From Shigella phage KPS64: a DNA stretch of 64,000 nt. Position numbers and translations under genes: made by a program. Shown here one piece after another: positions 41,455-51,427 of this stretch. The notes under the pieces were generated by a model that ran no database searches, had not been told where the DNA came from, and saw nothing but the letters and a program-made list of their open reading frames with translations. Each line of letters opens with the position of its first letter. The first letter of the stretch is position 1. The stretch lies in the sequence record MK562502. One strand, written 5' to 3'.

Positions 41455-42038
41455 ACGTGAGTTTTAATTATAATGGTGATGGGTCTGTATCAATCACTTC
41501 ACCATATTCTGATGACCTTCTTAAAGAGTTGGTTAATCAATGTGAAAGAGGTATGCACTATGTACCTAATTCATTTAAACAGAAAACAATTGCAAATAAC
41601 TTGATGCGTGTTACTGTTCAGTCCATGAACCCAGATTATAGCATTGATGGTGAAAGTCCATATTCACTCATGGCTCTAGGTGCTAATAGTGAATTTAAAC
41701 TGGTATGTCATGATTCAGAAACATTCTTCAAAGTATTCTCAAATCTTATCCACAATGCTAAATACAGTTATGTGGCTGGTTCAACATCGTTCTCTCCAGC
41801 AAACTACACATGTGTTGTGATTGATAACCTCAGAGAGTCTGAAGAGGCATCCACAGAGATTTCTTTCGATGTGAACACCTCTCCAGAGTCCACTCCAAGT
41901 AATGACTTTGACATGAACTATGCGTTATCTCTGAGTAAGAAATCTGATTTCATTGAATACGTCAATGGATTTGGATTTAAGTTGGATGAGACAATGAATC
42001 TCAAAAAACTTAAAAACATGCTTAAGACTATGGCTTAA
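41448..42038 (+). CDS. hypothetical protein (196 aa)
   Basis: ORF followed by terminator. Confidence 0.4.
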   Translation: MLNVSFNYNGDGSVSITSPYSDDLLKELVNQCERGMHYVPNSFKQKTIANNLMRVTVQSMNPDYSIDGESPYSLMALGANSEFKLVCHDSETFFKVFSNLIHNAKYSYVAGSTSFSPANYTCVVIDNLRESEEASTEISFDVNTSPESTPSNDFDMNYALSLSKKSDFIEYVNGFGFKLDETMNLKKLKNMLKTMA

Positions 42039-42044
42039 GTTTTA

Positions 42045-42070
42045 TGGGGCGAAAGCCCCTTTTATTTGTT
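42045..42070 (+). terminator. rho-independent terminator
   Basis: ggggc-gaaa-gcccc hairpin then TTTTATTTG. Confidence 0.6.
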
Positions 42071-42081
42071 AAGGATAGATA

Positions 42082-42450
42082 ATGAAGGCAAAGAGTGGAA
42101 AAGACTTTTATTGCTTCCTACAATCTTATGTCCAAAGTGTTCAAGAAGGTGACAGGTATAATCTTGATGATGTACTTCCGACACCCTTAACATGGCGTGA
42201 TAGTAAATGGCCTGAAAAGGATATCAACCCTACCGAAACATACTTCGAATACACACCTAAAATTCCTCTACCCGATACTGAAGAACTTCTTTACCCGATG
42301 TTTCATATCGTCGGTCTTGGTACATTTTTGATGGATATTCAATATGTGATGGGTAAAGGCTATAAGATTGACGGAGTTGTTGTAGGTGACGTTTCACCGC
42401 AACACAAAGGTTATTTTAGACTAAACGCAAGATTAGAGGCTAAGAAATGA
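42082..42450 (+). CDS. hypothetical protein (122 aa), paralog of N-terminal domain of next gene
   Basis: Shares KxYxDFxxFVxxxVxxGKRYD ... FxMDLQY motifs with 42447..43331. Confidence 0.4.
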   Translation: MKAKSGKDFYCFLQSYVQSVQEGDRYNLDDVLPTPLTWRDSKWPEKDINPTETYFEYTPKIPLPDTEELLYPMFHIVGLGTFLMDIQYVMGKGYKIDGVVVGDVSPQHKGYFRLNARLEAKK

Positions 42451-43331
42451 TTAAAGCAAAGACATATCCAGATTTTAAAGAGTTCGTTAAAGACTTTGTA
42501 GCGAATGTTAAAGCTGGCAAAAGATACGACTTCAGAAAGTATCAAGAGGCCGTTCTGCCTCTGACATATAGCTCACCGTGGCCTGAGTCTGATATTCCAG
42601 AAGTTACTGACTTCAATTACACACCAGACTACACAGTTCCATTTAGTGAAGAACTTTTATATTCAGTTGGTGCTCAGATGAGGACTGCTGATTTCTTCAT
42701 GGACTTGCAGTATGCAATCATCAATGGAAAGGATGTTGACACAGTTTATTGTGAATGGTTGGCAAGGGTTAAACCTTTCTCCATGCTTAATGCAAAGTTG
42801 AAGGATGCAATCACACCTCCAGTTATTACACAGCAGCCAACTGACCAAACTGTTAACGAGGGTGGAACACTTACACTTTCAGTTGTTGCTACTGGTGCAA
42901 CTGGTTATCAGTGGAAGAAAGGTGCATCAAACATCTCTGGAGCAACCTCTGCAACATATACTAAGAATGGCGTAGTACCTACTGATGCTGGCGCATACAC
43001 CTGTGTAGTTTCTGGTGAAGGTGGCTCAAGTGTTAATTCCAACGCTGCCACAGTAACTGTGAATGCACTGCCTGTGATTACACAGCAACCTACTAACCAA
43101 GAGATTACAGAGGGAGATACACTCACCCTTAGCATCGTAGCCACTGGTGCAACTGGTTATCAGTGGAAGAAAGATGATGTAGATATCCCTTCAGCAACAT
43201 CTGCAACATATGAAAAGACACCGACTTCTAAAGCTGATGATGAAGGTACTTACTCTTGTGTTGTAACTGGTGTAGGTGGCTCAATCACATCCCAATCTGC
43301 CAAGGTGGTTATTAACGCAGTAGGAGGTTGA
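42447..43331 (+). CDS. protein with two tandem Ig-like repeats (294 aa)
   Basis: Two about 80-aa repeats PVITQQPT(D/N)Q...TLTLS(V/I)VATGATGYQWKK...TSATY...Y(T/S)CVV(S/T)G(E/V)GGS. Confidence 0.5.
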   Translation: MIKAKTYPDFKEFVKDFVANVKAGKRYDFRKYQEAVLPLTYSSPWPESDIPEVTDFNYTPDYTVPFSEELLYSVGAQMRTADFFMDLQYAIINGKDVDTVYCEWLARVKPFSMLNAKLKDAITPPVITQQPTDQTVNEGGTLTLSVVATGATGYQWKKGASNISGATSATYTKNGVVPTDAGAYTCVVSGEGGSSVNSNAATVTVNALPVITQQPTNQEITEGDTLTLSIVATGATGYQWKKDDVDIPSATSATYEKTPTSKADDEGTYSCVVTGVGGSITSQSAKVVINAVGG

Positions 43332-43798
43332 TAATGCAACTCTCAAGTAAAGGCTTAGAAGCCATTAAGTTCTTTGAAGGGCTTCGTTTAGAAGCCTATA
43401 AAGACTCTGCTGGAATCCCTACAATTGGTTATGGAACAATCCGTATCAACGGAAGACCTGTTACGATGGGGATGAAGATTACTGCCGAGCAAGCTGAACA
43501 ATATCTCCTTGCAGATGTTGAGAACTATGTAGGTGCAGTAAACAAAGCAATCAAGGTTCCAACTACTCAGAATGAGTTTGATGCACTTGTTGTAGAGACT
43601 TACAACATTGGTATCAATGCTATGCAGGATTCAACTTTTATCAAGCGTCACAATGCTGGTAACAAAGCTGGTTGTGCAGAAGCTATGCAGTGGTGGAACA
43701 AGATTACAGTGAATGGTCAAAAAGTAACTTCCAAGGGTCTACAAAATAGACGTAGTTTGGAAGCCAAGATTTACCTTGACGCTGTTTATCCAAAATAG
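43328..43798 (+). CDS. endolysin, T4-type lysozyme (glycoside hydrolase family 24)
   Basis: LEAIKFFEGLRLEAYKDSAGIPTIGYG catalytic-region motif. Confidence 0.75.
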   Translation: MIMQLSSKGLEAIKFFEGLRLEAYKDSAGIPTIGYGTIRINGRPVTMGMKITAEQAEQYLLADVENYVGAVNKAIKVPTTQNEFDALVVETYNIGINAMQDSTFIKRHNAGNKAGCAEAMQWWNKITVNGQKVTSKGLQNRRSLEAKIYLDAVYPK

Positions 43799-43807
43799 TA
43801 GATTAAG

Positions 43808-43836
43808 AGGCTCCTTCGGGAGCCTTTTTTATTTCT
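43808..43836 (+). terminator. rho-independent terminator
   Basis: aggctcc-ttcg-ggagcct hairpin then TTTTTTATTT. Confidence 0.6.
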
Positions 43837-44247
43837 ATGGAGAAAACTATGAAGCTTTGGGCAGATGATAATGGTACTTTCAAGTACACAAGAAGTGGTA
43901 TGAAGGTTCGTATTGCAGGAACCAAGTTGATAACGATGGGTGACAAGGTGTTCACAAAGTTTGTTATTGAGGTCATTGAACGTTCACCTATCACAATGGC
44001 TAACAAAGGTTTCTTTGCTGGTGAACTGTACAACGTTGATGACAATGGCATGTTCTCACCTTTAGGTGAAAGTTCTCTTGATATTATTTCAGAGCACCCC
44101 TTGACAAGAGAGCAGTTATCAGGTTACTATAAATTTCTACTTGAGCAGAAGAAGAAGTTACACCAGAGTGAGGCTACATACCATAACAATGAGTGTATTA
44201 AACTTCTGGATAAAATTGAGAAAGCTGAGAGAGGTTATTATGAATAA
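43837..44247 (+). CDS. hypothetical protein (136 aa)
   Basis: ORF, no motif. Confidence 0.4.
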   Translation: MEKTMKLWADDNGTFKYTRSGMKVRIAGTKLITMGDKVFTKFVIEVIERSPITMANKGFFAGELYNVDDNGMFSPLGESSLDIISEHPLTREQLSGYYKFLLEQKKKLHQSEATYHNNECIKLLDKIEKAERGYYE

Positions 44248-44620
44248 GATTGATGTATTGGTTGACACTTCAGGTCACGATGATAACGATTGCCGCGATT
44301 TTGCAAAAGCAATTATTTTCCAAGACAATGGGAAACTGAAGTTACAGTTTGAATCAGGTAGCACATTAGACCACCGAGGGGATGATGCAGATGGTTGTCC
44401 AATTTTTGGATGGTTTGACCTGAACTTTAACAAATATGCCTACCACTACCCAGATGGTCAGGAAGATTGGACTACACAGGCTATCTTTGATGAACTGAAT
44501 GGTGTACCTCTGGAAGATGAGGTTTCAGAACCAACCCTTCTAACTTTCACCTTCATCAAAGAAGAAAAAGTAGGTGATATCTCCATAACAGAAGCATTGC
44601 AAGTTACACAGGTAGTTTGA
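44240..44620 (+). CDS. hypothetical protein (126 aa)
   Basis: ATG at 44240 overlapping upstream stop (ATGAATAA). Confidence 0.35.
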   Translation: MNKIDVLVDTSGHDDNDCRDFAKAIIFQDNGKLKLQFESGSTLDHRGDDADGCPIFGWFDLNFNKYAYHYPDGQEDWTTQAIFDELNGVPLEDEVSEPTLLTFTFIKEEKVGDISITEALQVTQVV

Positions 44621-44621
44621 T

Positions 44622-44915
44622 ATGAGTAAAGTACAGGTTATCTTTCCAATTAATGACTTCAGCTATGAAGCCGAGTTTGACCTGTACGAAGAACTCACTG
44701 ATGATGTTATCTGGAGCGTGGTATCAAAGGCCATTAAGAAACTTTATGGTGGCCTTTTAAACCCTAATAACCCAAAAGTGTCAACAAAGCAAGTTTCCGA
44801 GCCATACACTAGCTATGATGCTGAAAAGAGTAAGTTCGAAATTACTTGCTATGACCTTCTGGTATCTGATAACAAAATCAACTACTTCTTCGTCAGAGAA
44901 TATGCAGATGCTTAA
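44622..44915 (+). CDS. hypothetical protein (97 aa)
   Basis: ORF, no motif. Confidence 0.4.
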   Translation: MSKVQVIFPINDFSYEAEFDLYEELTDDVIWSVVSKAIKKLYGGLLNPNNPKVSTKQVSEPYTSYDAEKSKFEITCYDLLVSDNKINYFFVREYADA

Positions 44916-45252
44916 GCTCCACATCGTTGTTTATAAGAATTTCGCAGATATACAAGAAGCCCTGTCATCAAGGCTGGACAAATGTCAGCAAAGACTATTT
45001 CTGATGTTTGATATGCTTGACTATAAACAACCTGATAAGCTTGTGTATAAGGATGGTACAGTAATCTTTAAAAGGGAAGATTCAGTGACCATTTTTGTTA
45101 AGCATGATATGCCAGCTAAAAATATAGGGATGCTTGAGTTCTACATCTACCAATCCACAGGTATGCGTGGTGAGGGCATCAAAATAGATTCGATTGAGGT
45201 CTTTGAAAAACCGAAGACACCACTTAAAAAGTATTTAGTGAGGAAGTTATAG
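44902..45252 (+). CDS. hypothetical protein (116 aa)
   Basis: Internal ATG at 44902 overlapping upstream stop. Confidence 0.35.
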   Translation: MQMLKLHIVVYKNFADIQEALSSRLDKCQQRLFLMFDMLDYKQPDKLVYKDGTVIFKREDSVTIFVKHDMPAKNIGMLEFYIYQSTGMRGEGIKIDSIEVFEKPKTPLKKYLVRKL

Positions 45253-45253
45253 T

Positions 45254-45847
45254 ATGAGTGTACACATTAAAGAAAAGGGTGGAGTTGATTCTCCACAAGT
45301 TGCATTAGTCCAACACTACGGTAATGTTCAGGGTGTGCTTGCTGCGTTCCAGCCAAACATTAACTCACCAGCAAAAGTTGCCAAATTGACTATGGATGTG
45401 AACAATATCTCTGCATGTGTCATTGAAGATGTGCAGTACTTTAAGTTCTCATCTAAAGAAGTTGATGAAGCACTTCTGAAGTATCGTTTAGACCTTGAGA
45501 AAGACATTAACCACCAAGAGGTTGTGAAACTGTTTGGTGACCTACATGATATGCTTGATAAAGTCCACAAGCGTACATATTACATGAATGGTGGTTCAGT
45601 TATCACTACGTACACTTCCCCATTCACTAAAGAGGTCATCTTAACCGATGATGAGCAGTTCTTTGTTATGACTGCTTCAAGCTCAGATTGGTGGATGAAG
45701 AACACAGGAATGAAGACGATTATTGAAGCTATTCGTCAGCATATCCCAAACTTCAGCCCTTGGAAGGGTGCTTCTGATGACTTCATAGCTATCCTTGAAG
45801 ATGTTCGAAGCAGAAAAAGTAAATTACTGCCTAGAAAATATACTTGA
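45254..45847 (+). CDS. hypothetical protein (197 aa)
   Basis: ORF, no motif. Confidence 0.4.
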   Translation: MSVHIKEKGGVDSPQVALVQHYGNVQGVLAAFQPNINSPAKVAKLTMDVNNISACVIEDVQYFKFSSKEVDEALLKYRLDLEKDINHQEVVKLFGDLHDMLDKVHKRTYYMNGGSVITTYTSPFTKEVILTDDEQFFVMTASSSDWWMKNTGMKTIIEAIRQHIPNFSPWKGASDDFIAILEDVRSRKSKLLPRKYT

Positions 45848-45873
45848 CAGTAATATCTAGAATTTTGTATGAT
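45844..45873 (+). promoter_or_regulatory. candidate sigma70-like promoter (TTGACA, about 18 nt, TATGAT)
   Basis: Hexamers read directly upstream of gene at 45918. Confidence 0.4.
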
Positions 45874-45917
45874 GGGAGCTATCGAAAGGTGGTTCCCTTT
45901 TTTATTGGAGAGATAAA

Positions 45918-46658
45918 ATGGTTAAAGTTAAAGAGACAGACACAATTTACATTTATGTAAAGGCTTCACCAGCCCAAAGAACTAAGGCATTTGTTACGTA
46001 TGTGTCTGATAGCGGGGTTGTGTACTTCCGACCTATGAAGACATTACATTTCAAGATTTATCCAGCAACATCACTTGGTCCAGAAGCACACTTATGGGCT
46101 GGTAAAGTCTATTCGACCACTGATATTGAAAACTTAACCTTTACAGGAAGCTTCAGAAAGCTTCTGGGTATTTCTTTACAAGATACTGTGGTAGGGGATG
46201 AAGAAGAAACTGAAAAGGCAACTTTTGAGGCAACTCCGACTCTGAAGAAAGAGGCAACTCCAAAGGTTAGAACGATTGATGTTACTATAGAGGCTCCTAC
46301 ACACAGACTCACAGATGTACCTGAGCAAGAGTCTCGATACCAAACTAAAGAAGATGGTCATCAAACTCTGGTTGTAGATAACGTCAGAGATTACTTCAAG
46401 TATTTCTGTGATGCAAATCCACATAGTCATGCTTGGACTACACCACAAAAGAAATTTAACTCCATGTTGACCAGCGCTTGTGAAGATGCTAAAAAGAATG
46501 TGGAAGAGTTAAAAGAAGCAATCAGTGTCACAGACCATGTGGTTAATAAGAATGACATTGAGTACACAGTAAGAATGATGTTAAAAGCTGGTTTCACACC
46601 TTATCAGATTGCTGAAGAGATTCAAAGGCAATTCTACAACGCAATGGTGAAAGAATGA
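45918..46658 (+). CDS. hypothetical protein (246 aa)
   Basis: ORF, no motif. Confidence 0.4.
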   Translation: MVKVKETDTIYIYVKASPAQRTKAFVTYVSDSGVVYFRPMKTLHFKIYPATSLGPEAHLWAGKVYSTTDIENLTFTGSFRKLLGISLQDTVVGDEEETEKATFEATPTLKKEATPKVRTIDVTIEAPTHRLTDVPEQESRYQTKEDGHQTLVVDNVRDYFKYFCDANPHSHAWTTPQKKFNSMLTSACEDAKKNVEELKEAISVTDHVVNKNDIEYTVRMMLKAGFTPYQIAEEIQRQFYNAMVKE

Positions 46659-46873
46659 AAAAGTTTACAACTTTAGGTGAATACTGGAAGCTCTCTGTTT
46701 CTGAGCAGTACAGACGAGCTAAGAAGACTAAACAGTGTTATGGCAAAATTGCCAGAGGTGATATCTTAGTATGTACTGAAGAATCACTTAAGAACGTTAC
46801 TCCCAGAGGTAAGACATTCCAGAGAATGATTGACAGAGAGTGGAATGCACGATTAAAGAGGATTGAACAATGA
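46655..46873 (+). CDS. hypothetical small protein (72 aa)
   Basis: ORF, no motif. Confidence 0.35.
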   Translation: MKKFTTLGEYWKLSVSEQYRRAKKTKQCYGKIARGDILVCTEESLKNVTPRGKTFQRMIDREWNARLKRIEQ

Positions 46874-47376
46874 TTTACGAAGATTCAAGAGACCAGATTT
46901 CTTATGAGCAATCTAAGCACCATGTATCTTTCAAGATTGTGAAAGCAAACGGTGACGCAGGAACTATTTCACACTTCGGAGGTGAAAATTGGTTTGGTAC
47001 AGGATGCTTTGAAGGTTACAGCAGAGAGTACTTGAAAGCTTTCTACAGAGACTTCTCAGCAGACTACAACGAACTTATCAATCTGGAAAATAAGCGTAGA
47101 AATGCTGAGTATAACACCAGAGGATGGGCAGGGATAGCAATTATGTTATCTGTAGTTCTTGCTATGATTTGTATCATCTCTTTTGGAAGTGTGTACATGC
47201 AAGACTTAACGTTTAACCAAGCTGAGAAGAAAATTTCTGAGATTTGGTTCTTGTATGTGATTCCAATAGTTGGTATCATCCTATCATGTTTGAGAATGAC
47301 GACTTACAAGAAGAAGATTGTAGAGTTTGAGAGTAAGTTTGAAGAGGTAAGTAAAGAATGCAACCTAAAATTTTAG
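46870..47376 (+). CDS. membrane protein, two predicted TM helices (168 aa)
   Basis: Hydrophobic segments WAGIAIMLSVVLAMICIISFGSVYM and IWFLYVIPIVGIILSCL. Confidence 0.4.
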   Translation: MIYEDSRDQISYEQSKHHVSFKIVKANGDAGTISHFGGENWFGTGCFEGYSREYLKAFYRDFSADYNELINLENKRRNAEYNTRGWAGIAIMLSVVLAMICIISFGSVYMQDLTFNQAEKKISEIWFLYVIPIVGIILSCLRMTTYKKKIVEFESKFEEVSKECNLKF

Positions 47377-47446
47377 TAATTTGTATCCGCTATGCTATTG
47401 CGGAAATGATTAACCAGAAAATCTTAAAAGATATCTCGGAGGGTAA

Positions 47447-47656
47447 ATGATTAGAACACCTGTCAAGCCTTTTGGCTTTAACACTCTGGAAGAGTTCAAA
47501 GAGTACCTTGAGAAAGGTTTCTACAACGAACAACCAGTAACAGTGATTAAGTCTGACTTAGCACAGCTTGTTGACATTGCTATTGCAGCAACTGAGCCTA
47601 AGAAGAAAGAGAAAAAGGCTTCTTCAAAGAAAGATAAAGAATCTGTTGAAGAGTAA
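47447..47656 (+). CDS. hypothetical small protein (69 aa)
   Basis: ORF, lysine-rich tail. Confidence 0.35.
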   Translation: MIRTPVKPFGFNTLEEFKEYLEKGFYNEQPVTVIKSDLAQLVDIAIAATEPKKKEKKASSKKDKESVEE

Positions 47657-47697
47657 TCTGTCAAGGGGTGTAAAAGCCCCTGTTTAGAGGAAAATCT

Positions 47698-47994
47698 ATG
47701 ACTCCACAATCCAGAGGTGTTAAAGGTATCCATCCTCCAAAGGGTGGTTGGAAAGATAACACTTTCTACATCGTTGAAGTTGCTTACAAGCCACTTAACA
47801 TGATTCATAAAGCAATGTTCTACACAGGGTTCTGCGATGATAATGGTGTACCTGCTGGTTACAACTGGCTTATGAATGGTGGTTATGAAGAACTTTGCAA
47901 TATTCAAGAAGCTTATTACTTGAAAGCTATTGCAGAGTTACCTGACGAGTTTCAAATTGAGAGAGATGAGGATTGGAAAGATGAAGAATGTTAA
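47698..47994 (+). CDS. hypothetical protein (98 aa)
   Basis: ORF, no motif. Confidence 0.4.
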   Translation: MTPQSRGVKGIHPPKGGWKDNTFYIVEVAYKPLNMIHKAMFYTGFCDDNGVPAGYNWLMNGGYEELCNIQEAYYLKAIAELPDEFQIERDEDWKDEEC

Positions 47995-48415
47995 AGATAT
48001 AGTGCGTAAAGCTTTGCTTAACAACGGAACTAAAGATGATATGTACAAAGATATCGTTGCAGAATTTGGTTGTTCAAGACATGCTGCAAAGGTTCTTCTT
48101 CATAGCTTTATCTGGGAGTGTTCAGAAGCTTACATGCAATCTGTAATAACTGAAGGGCTTGATATGTCTCTACCTGAACGCTTCAAAGAAGAGACTAAGG
48201 CTAGTTCCATAAAGCTAAACACACTCTATATTGTAGAAACCGTTGATACAGGTGAACCAGTAGGCACAATACATATTGAAAGTATGTGTGATGGTAAGTT
48301 CCTTGGTTATGGTGAAGCAAACGCATATAGTGCATTCTCAACCGCACACTGGATAGTTGAAAATGATGGGTATATTCAGGTCAATGGTAAAAACACTTTC
48401 AAACTTAAGATGTGA
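47981..48415 (+). CDS. hypothetical protein (144 aa)
   Basis: ATG at 47981 overlapping upstream stop. Confidence 0.35.
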   Translation: MKNVKDIVRKALLNNGTKDDMYKDIVAEFGCSRHAAKVLLHSFIWECSEAYMQSVITEGLDMSLPERFKEETKASSIKLNTLYIVETVDTGEPVGTIHIESMCDGKFLGYGEANAYSAFSTAHWIVENDGYIQVNGKNTFKLKM

Positions 48416-49083
48416 TTATGGGACACCTTCTGAAGAAGAGTTGGAAGAACTTAATAGATATGGTTCCCCATCTGAAGAGGAAGAGAAAGAACTCCGAGGA
48501 ATGGGAAGCAATTACTAAGAAATGTTTTAAGGATTTGATAGAGATGAAAAAGTTTGAACTTGAAAGAAAGTATCTGGTACTTAGCCTAGATGATATCAAC
48601 ACACATCTTGACGAAAGTGAGAAGTGGTCTTTAGACTTACTTGTTAATCGACTTAAGATGGAACGAGAAGATTCAGGTAAAGAGCCACTTGAAGGTGTCT
48701 TTGTCAAGAAGTCTTATCCGTTCTTTGAAGATACTTTGAAGAAACTTGAGATGTATGTTAAGCAGCAGAACCGTAAAGAGTTCTCTATGATTTCTCTTGG
48801 TGGACAACAAATGCTGGTTATGGAAGATATAAACCCTAAGAGAACCAACAAAGGTGTTTGTATCAAGGTCACAGGTAAAGAAGAATTTATTGATATTGGA
48901 CATTTTAAACATGTCAGTGAAGGTGGCTCCATTTCACTCAATGGCAACCATTATTACATACGAACATACCCGATTAAGGGTTCACAGATTATGATTACAG
49001 TCATGGATGATAGTACTGGATTCACACACTTCTTCCAAACTACAAAGCAAGCTATACAAGCAATCATTGAAGAATTGTGTTGA
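48412..49083 (+). CDS. hypothetical protein (223 aa; start may be the ATG at 48544)
   Basis: Last plus-strand ORF before terminator. Confidence 0.35.
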   Translation: MIMGHLLKKSWKNLIDMVPHLKRKRKNSEEWEAITKKCFKDLIEMKKFELERKYLVLSLDDINTHLDESEKWSLDLLVNRLKMEREDSGKEPLEGVFVKKSYPFFEDTLKKLEMYVKQQNRKEFSMISLGGQQMLVMEDINPKRTNKGVCIKVTGKEEFIDIGHFKHVSEGGSISLNGNHYYIRTYPIKGSQIMITVMDDSTGFTHFFQTTKQAIQAIIEELC

Positions 49084-49090
49084 TTAATAT

Positions 49091-49142
49091 TTAGCCCCTT
49101 AAAATGGATTCGATAGAATCTATCTCATAGGGGCTTTTTATT
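49091..49142 (+). terminator. rho-independent terminator with palindromic element in its loop
   Basis: agcccct ... aggggct stem enclosing GATAGAATCTATC, followed by TTTTTATT. Confidence 0.5.
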
Positions 49143-50719
49143 GAGTAAAATTTACGAAATTTATAATTTTTATAAAATTTGGGACTCACTCCGTTCATCT
49201 TGGGTCACCATGATATGTGATAAAATATCTATACCCTTCTAAACACCCTCTCTAAGCATCATCTCTATATAGTATTATATAGTATCTATATAGCCTCTTA
49301 GTCCCTAAATAGTGCTCTCTATATAGCCCTCTATAAAGCCTTCTAAGCCTACCATTAATCAACCCTATACAATCACCTTCCTAACCTCTTCCTAGCCCCT
49401 TAGAAGCCCCTATACTCATCTTAATCTCTAGGTTATCTGTGTTACTTAACAGTAACCCATTAGGTAAACGATAGTACCCTATATAGCAGAATCACTAGGT
49501 ATTACTAAGCCTCTATATAGACTGTTATATAACACTAAACAGGTATTCCCTGTAAAGGCTTATCCTACAAGGTCTAACACGGTACTAACAAGGTATCTTA
49601 TAAGCCTGTTAATTCCTGTTTTATATAAGATAGTGTATAGATAGTTATTCAGTTCTATAAAATTTTTATAAAATAGACTAGGTAGTGTTTGTTTAGGAGT
49701 CTTTGGAGAATCTGAAAAATATCTACAGAGGGTGTATATCTGCTTGGTAGCCCTTAACAGCCCTGTAACATCCCCTTTGCAAAATCTTAAAATATCATTA
49801 ACAATCTCTTAACAACTCTATCAAGCTCTTAACATCTCTTCAAAGTTCTTAACAGTCTCTTAACAGAACTAACAAGAGCTTAACAAGTCTGTAACATTAC
49901 TAACAAGAGTCTAACAAGTTGCTTATAAGTTGCTAAATAGTTAAATCTTAAGAGTTATTTTGTTAAGATAATTAACAAGGTGCTAACAAGTTCTAAACCT
50001 TTTTAACAAGCTATTAACATGGTCACTATCTCTTGGTCTATAGTTCCCTTCCCTTCTTAGTGATTCTCTTAAAAGCCCTCTTAAAAGCTCTCTATAGCTC
50101 TGTATAGCCTCTTCTAAGCTTCTCCCTAGTAACTACACCCCAACTACCTGTATAGCTCTTTGTAGGGCTTTCTAGGGGCTTATACAGGGACTTCAAAGTG
50201 TCTAACAAGCTCTTAACATACATCTAACAAGGATTTAACAAGGGGCTAACAAGTCTCTAATAAGCATAACTATGTTGCATTTGTTAAGATTTTGTTAAGA
50301 GAATGTAAAGGGGGCTAACTTTTACGTTACTTTTAAGCATCTTTTACGTTACTTTGAAGACTCCATAGCATACTTTAAAGTAACTAACAAGCCCCTGTTT
50401 AACTATTCACAAGATTCTATCCAGCTTATAAGCTTATACCCTTATAAGATTCTTTTAAGGCTCTAGAAAGCTCTATAAAGGGCTTTTAAGAAGTGGTTAA
50501 TATGATTGCTTAAGATGAGATGATAAGCCCGTATAGAGCGTTATAGAGCGTTTTAGGGATTGCCCTTCCCTTTCGGGTTATGGGCTTATATTTAAGTTGA
50601 TTTGATAAGAGGATATAGAGTAAGCTATAGAGTTATTGCTCTGAAGGTATGAGATAGATTCTATTGAATCAATGATATGAATCTTTATATAGGATTCGAT
50701 AGAGGACTATCTCATAGAC
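49143..50719. other. 1.6-kb gene-free, pyrimidine-skewed, repeat-dense region
   Basis: No ORF of 60 aa or more in any frame; clusters of CTATATAG palindromes, CT(T)AACA(A/G) heptamers and CTCTTAAAAG repeats. Confidence 0.6.
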
Positions 50720-50745
50720 GTAAAAAAGCCCCATCTAAGGGGCTG
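50720..50745 (-). terminator. rho-independent terminator ending the minus-strand small-gene array
   Basis: On minus strand agcccc-ttagat-ggggct hairpin followed by TTTTTT. Confidence 0.55.
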
Positions 50746-50785
50746 TAAAGGTGTCTGGGGCTATTTGCCCCGTTGCGGCGACTTG

Positions 50786-51037
50786 TTAGTTAATCACACC
50801 GAATTTTTGGTAGTAAAGCGTGATAAGAGAATCACCCCAATAGTAATAAGATACACCATCCTTTAAGACTTCCTGTTTAGTTTCTTTCCAGAATGTTTCC
50901 GATGGGTTATAGTCCTGAATAGTTGCTTTCAGACACATTTCAACCATACCGAAAGCATCACCAGTTCCAACCATATCAAATTTAACATCTAATACGTGGA
51001 AGCCAAAATTGTTAACAGTTGCGCGGATAGTAGCCAT
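50786..51037 (-). CDS. small protein (83 aa) of cassette-punctuated array
   Basis: ORF preceded by conserved hairpin plus CCTAAACTGGAGAATCT cassette. Confidence 0.45.
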   Translation of the reverse strand: MATIRATVNNFGFHVLDVKFDMVGTGDAFGMVEMCLKATIQDYNPSETFWKETKQEVLKDGVSYYYWGDSLITLYYQKFGVIN

Positions 51038-51103
51038 TTTCAGATTCTCCAGTTTAGGAATTTTGTTTTAGTGGGGAAGTCTCCCTCCCCGTTGAAAGTA
51101 ATA

Positions 51104-51367
51104 TTAATTCATTGCTGCATAAGTTGCAAGTCTTTTTTCATTGTATTTTGTAAGAATCTCACAAGATAAAACGTCATACTTTGCAACGGCTTCAGATTTA
51201 GTTAAACCAAAATGGCTTACAATTTCACCATTCATGAATCCGACTACTTCATAAGATTCTGCGATGATTTCACCGTTGAACCAATCACTTTCAATACGTT
51301 TGCAAAGTTGGATATCTTCTTTGTCAGTACCGATTTGTAACAGGATAGTGATTTCTTGATTATTCAT
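51104..51367 (-). CDS. small protein (87 aa) of array
   Basis: ORF preceded by cassette. Confidence 0.45.
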   Translation of the reverse strand: MNNQEITILLQIGTDKEDIQLCKRIESDWFNGEIIAESYEVVGFMNGEIVSHFGLTKSEAVAKYDVLSCEILTKYNEKRLATYAAMN

Positions 51368-51427
51368 TTTCTAGTCTCCAGTTTAGGATTGTTGGGGAAG
51401 GTCATTCCCTTCCCGTTGATAAGTACT

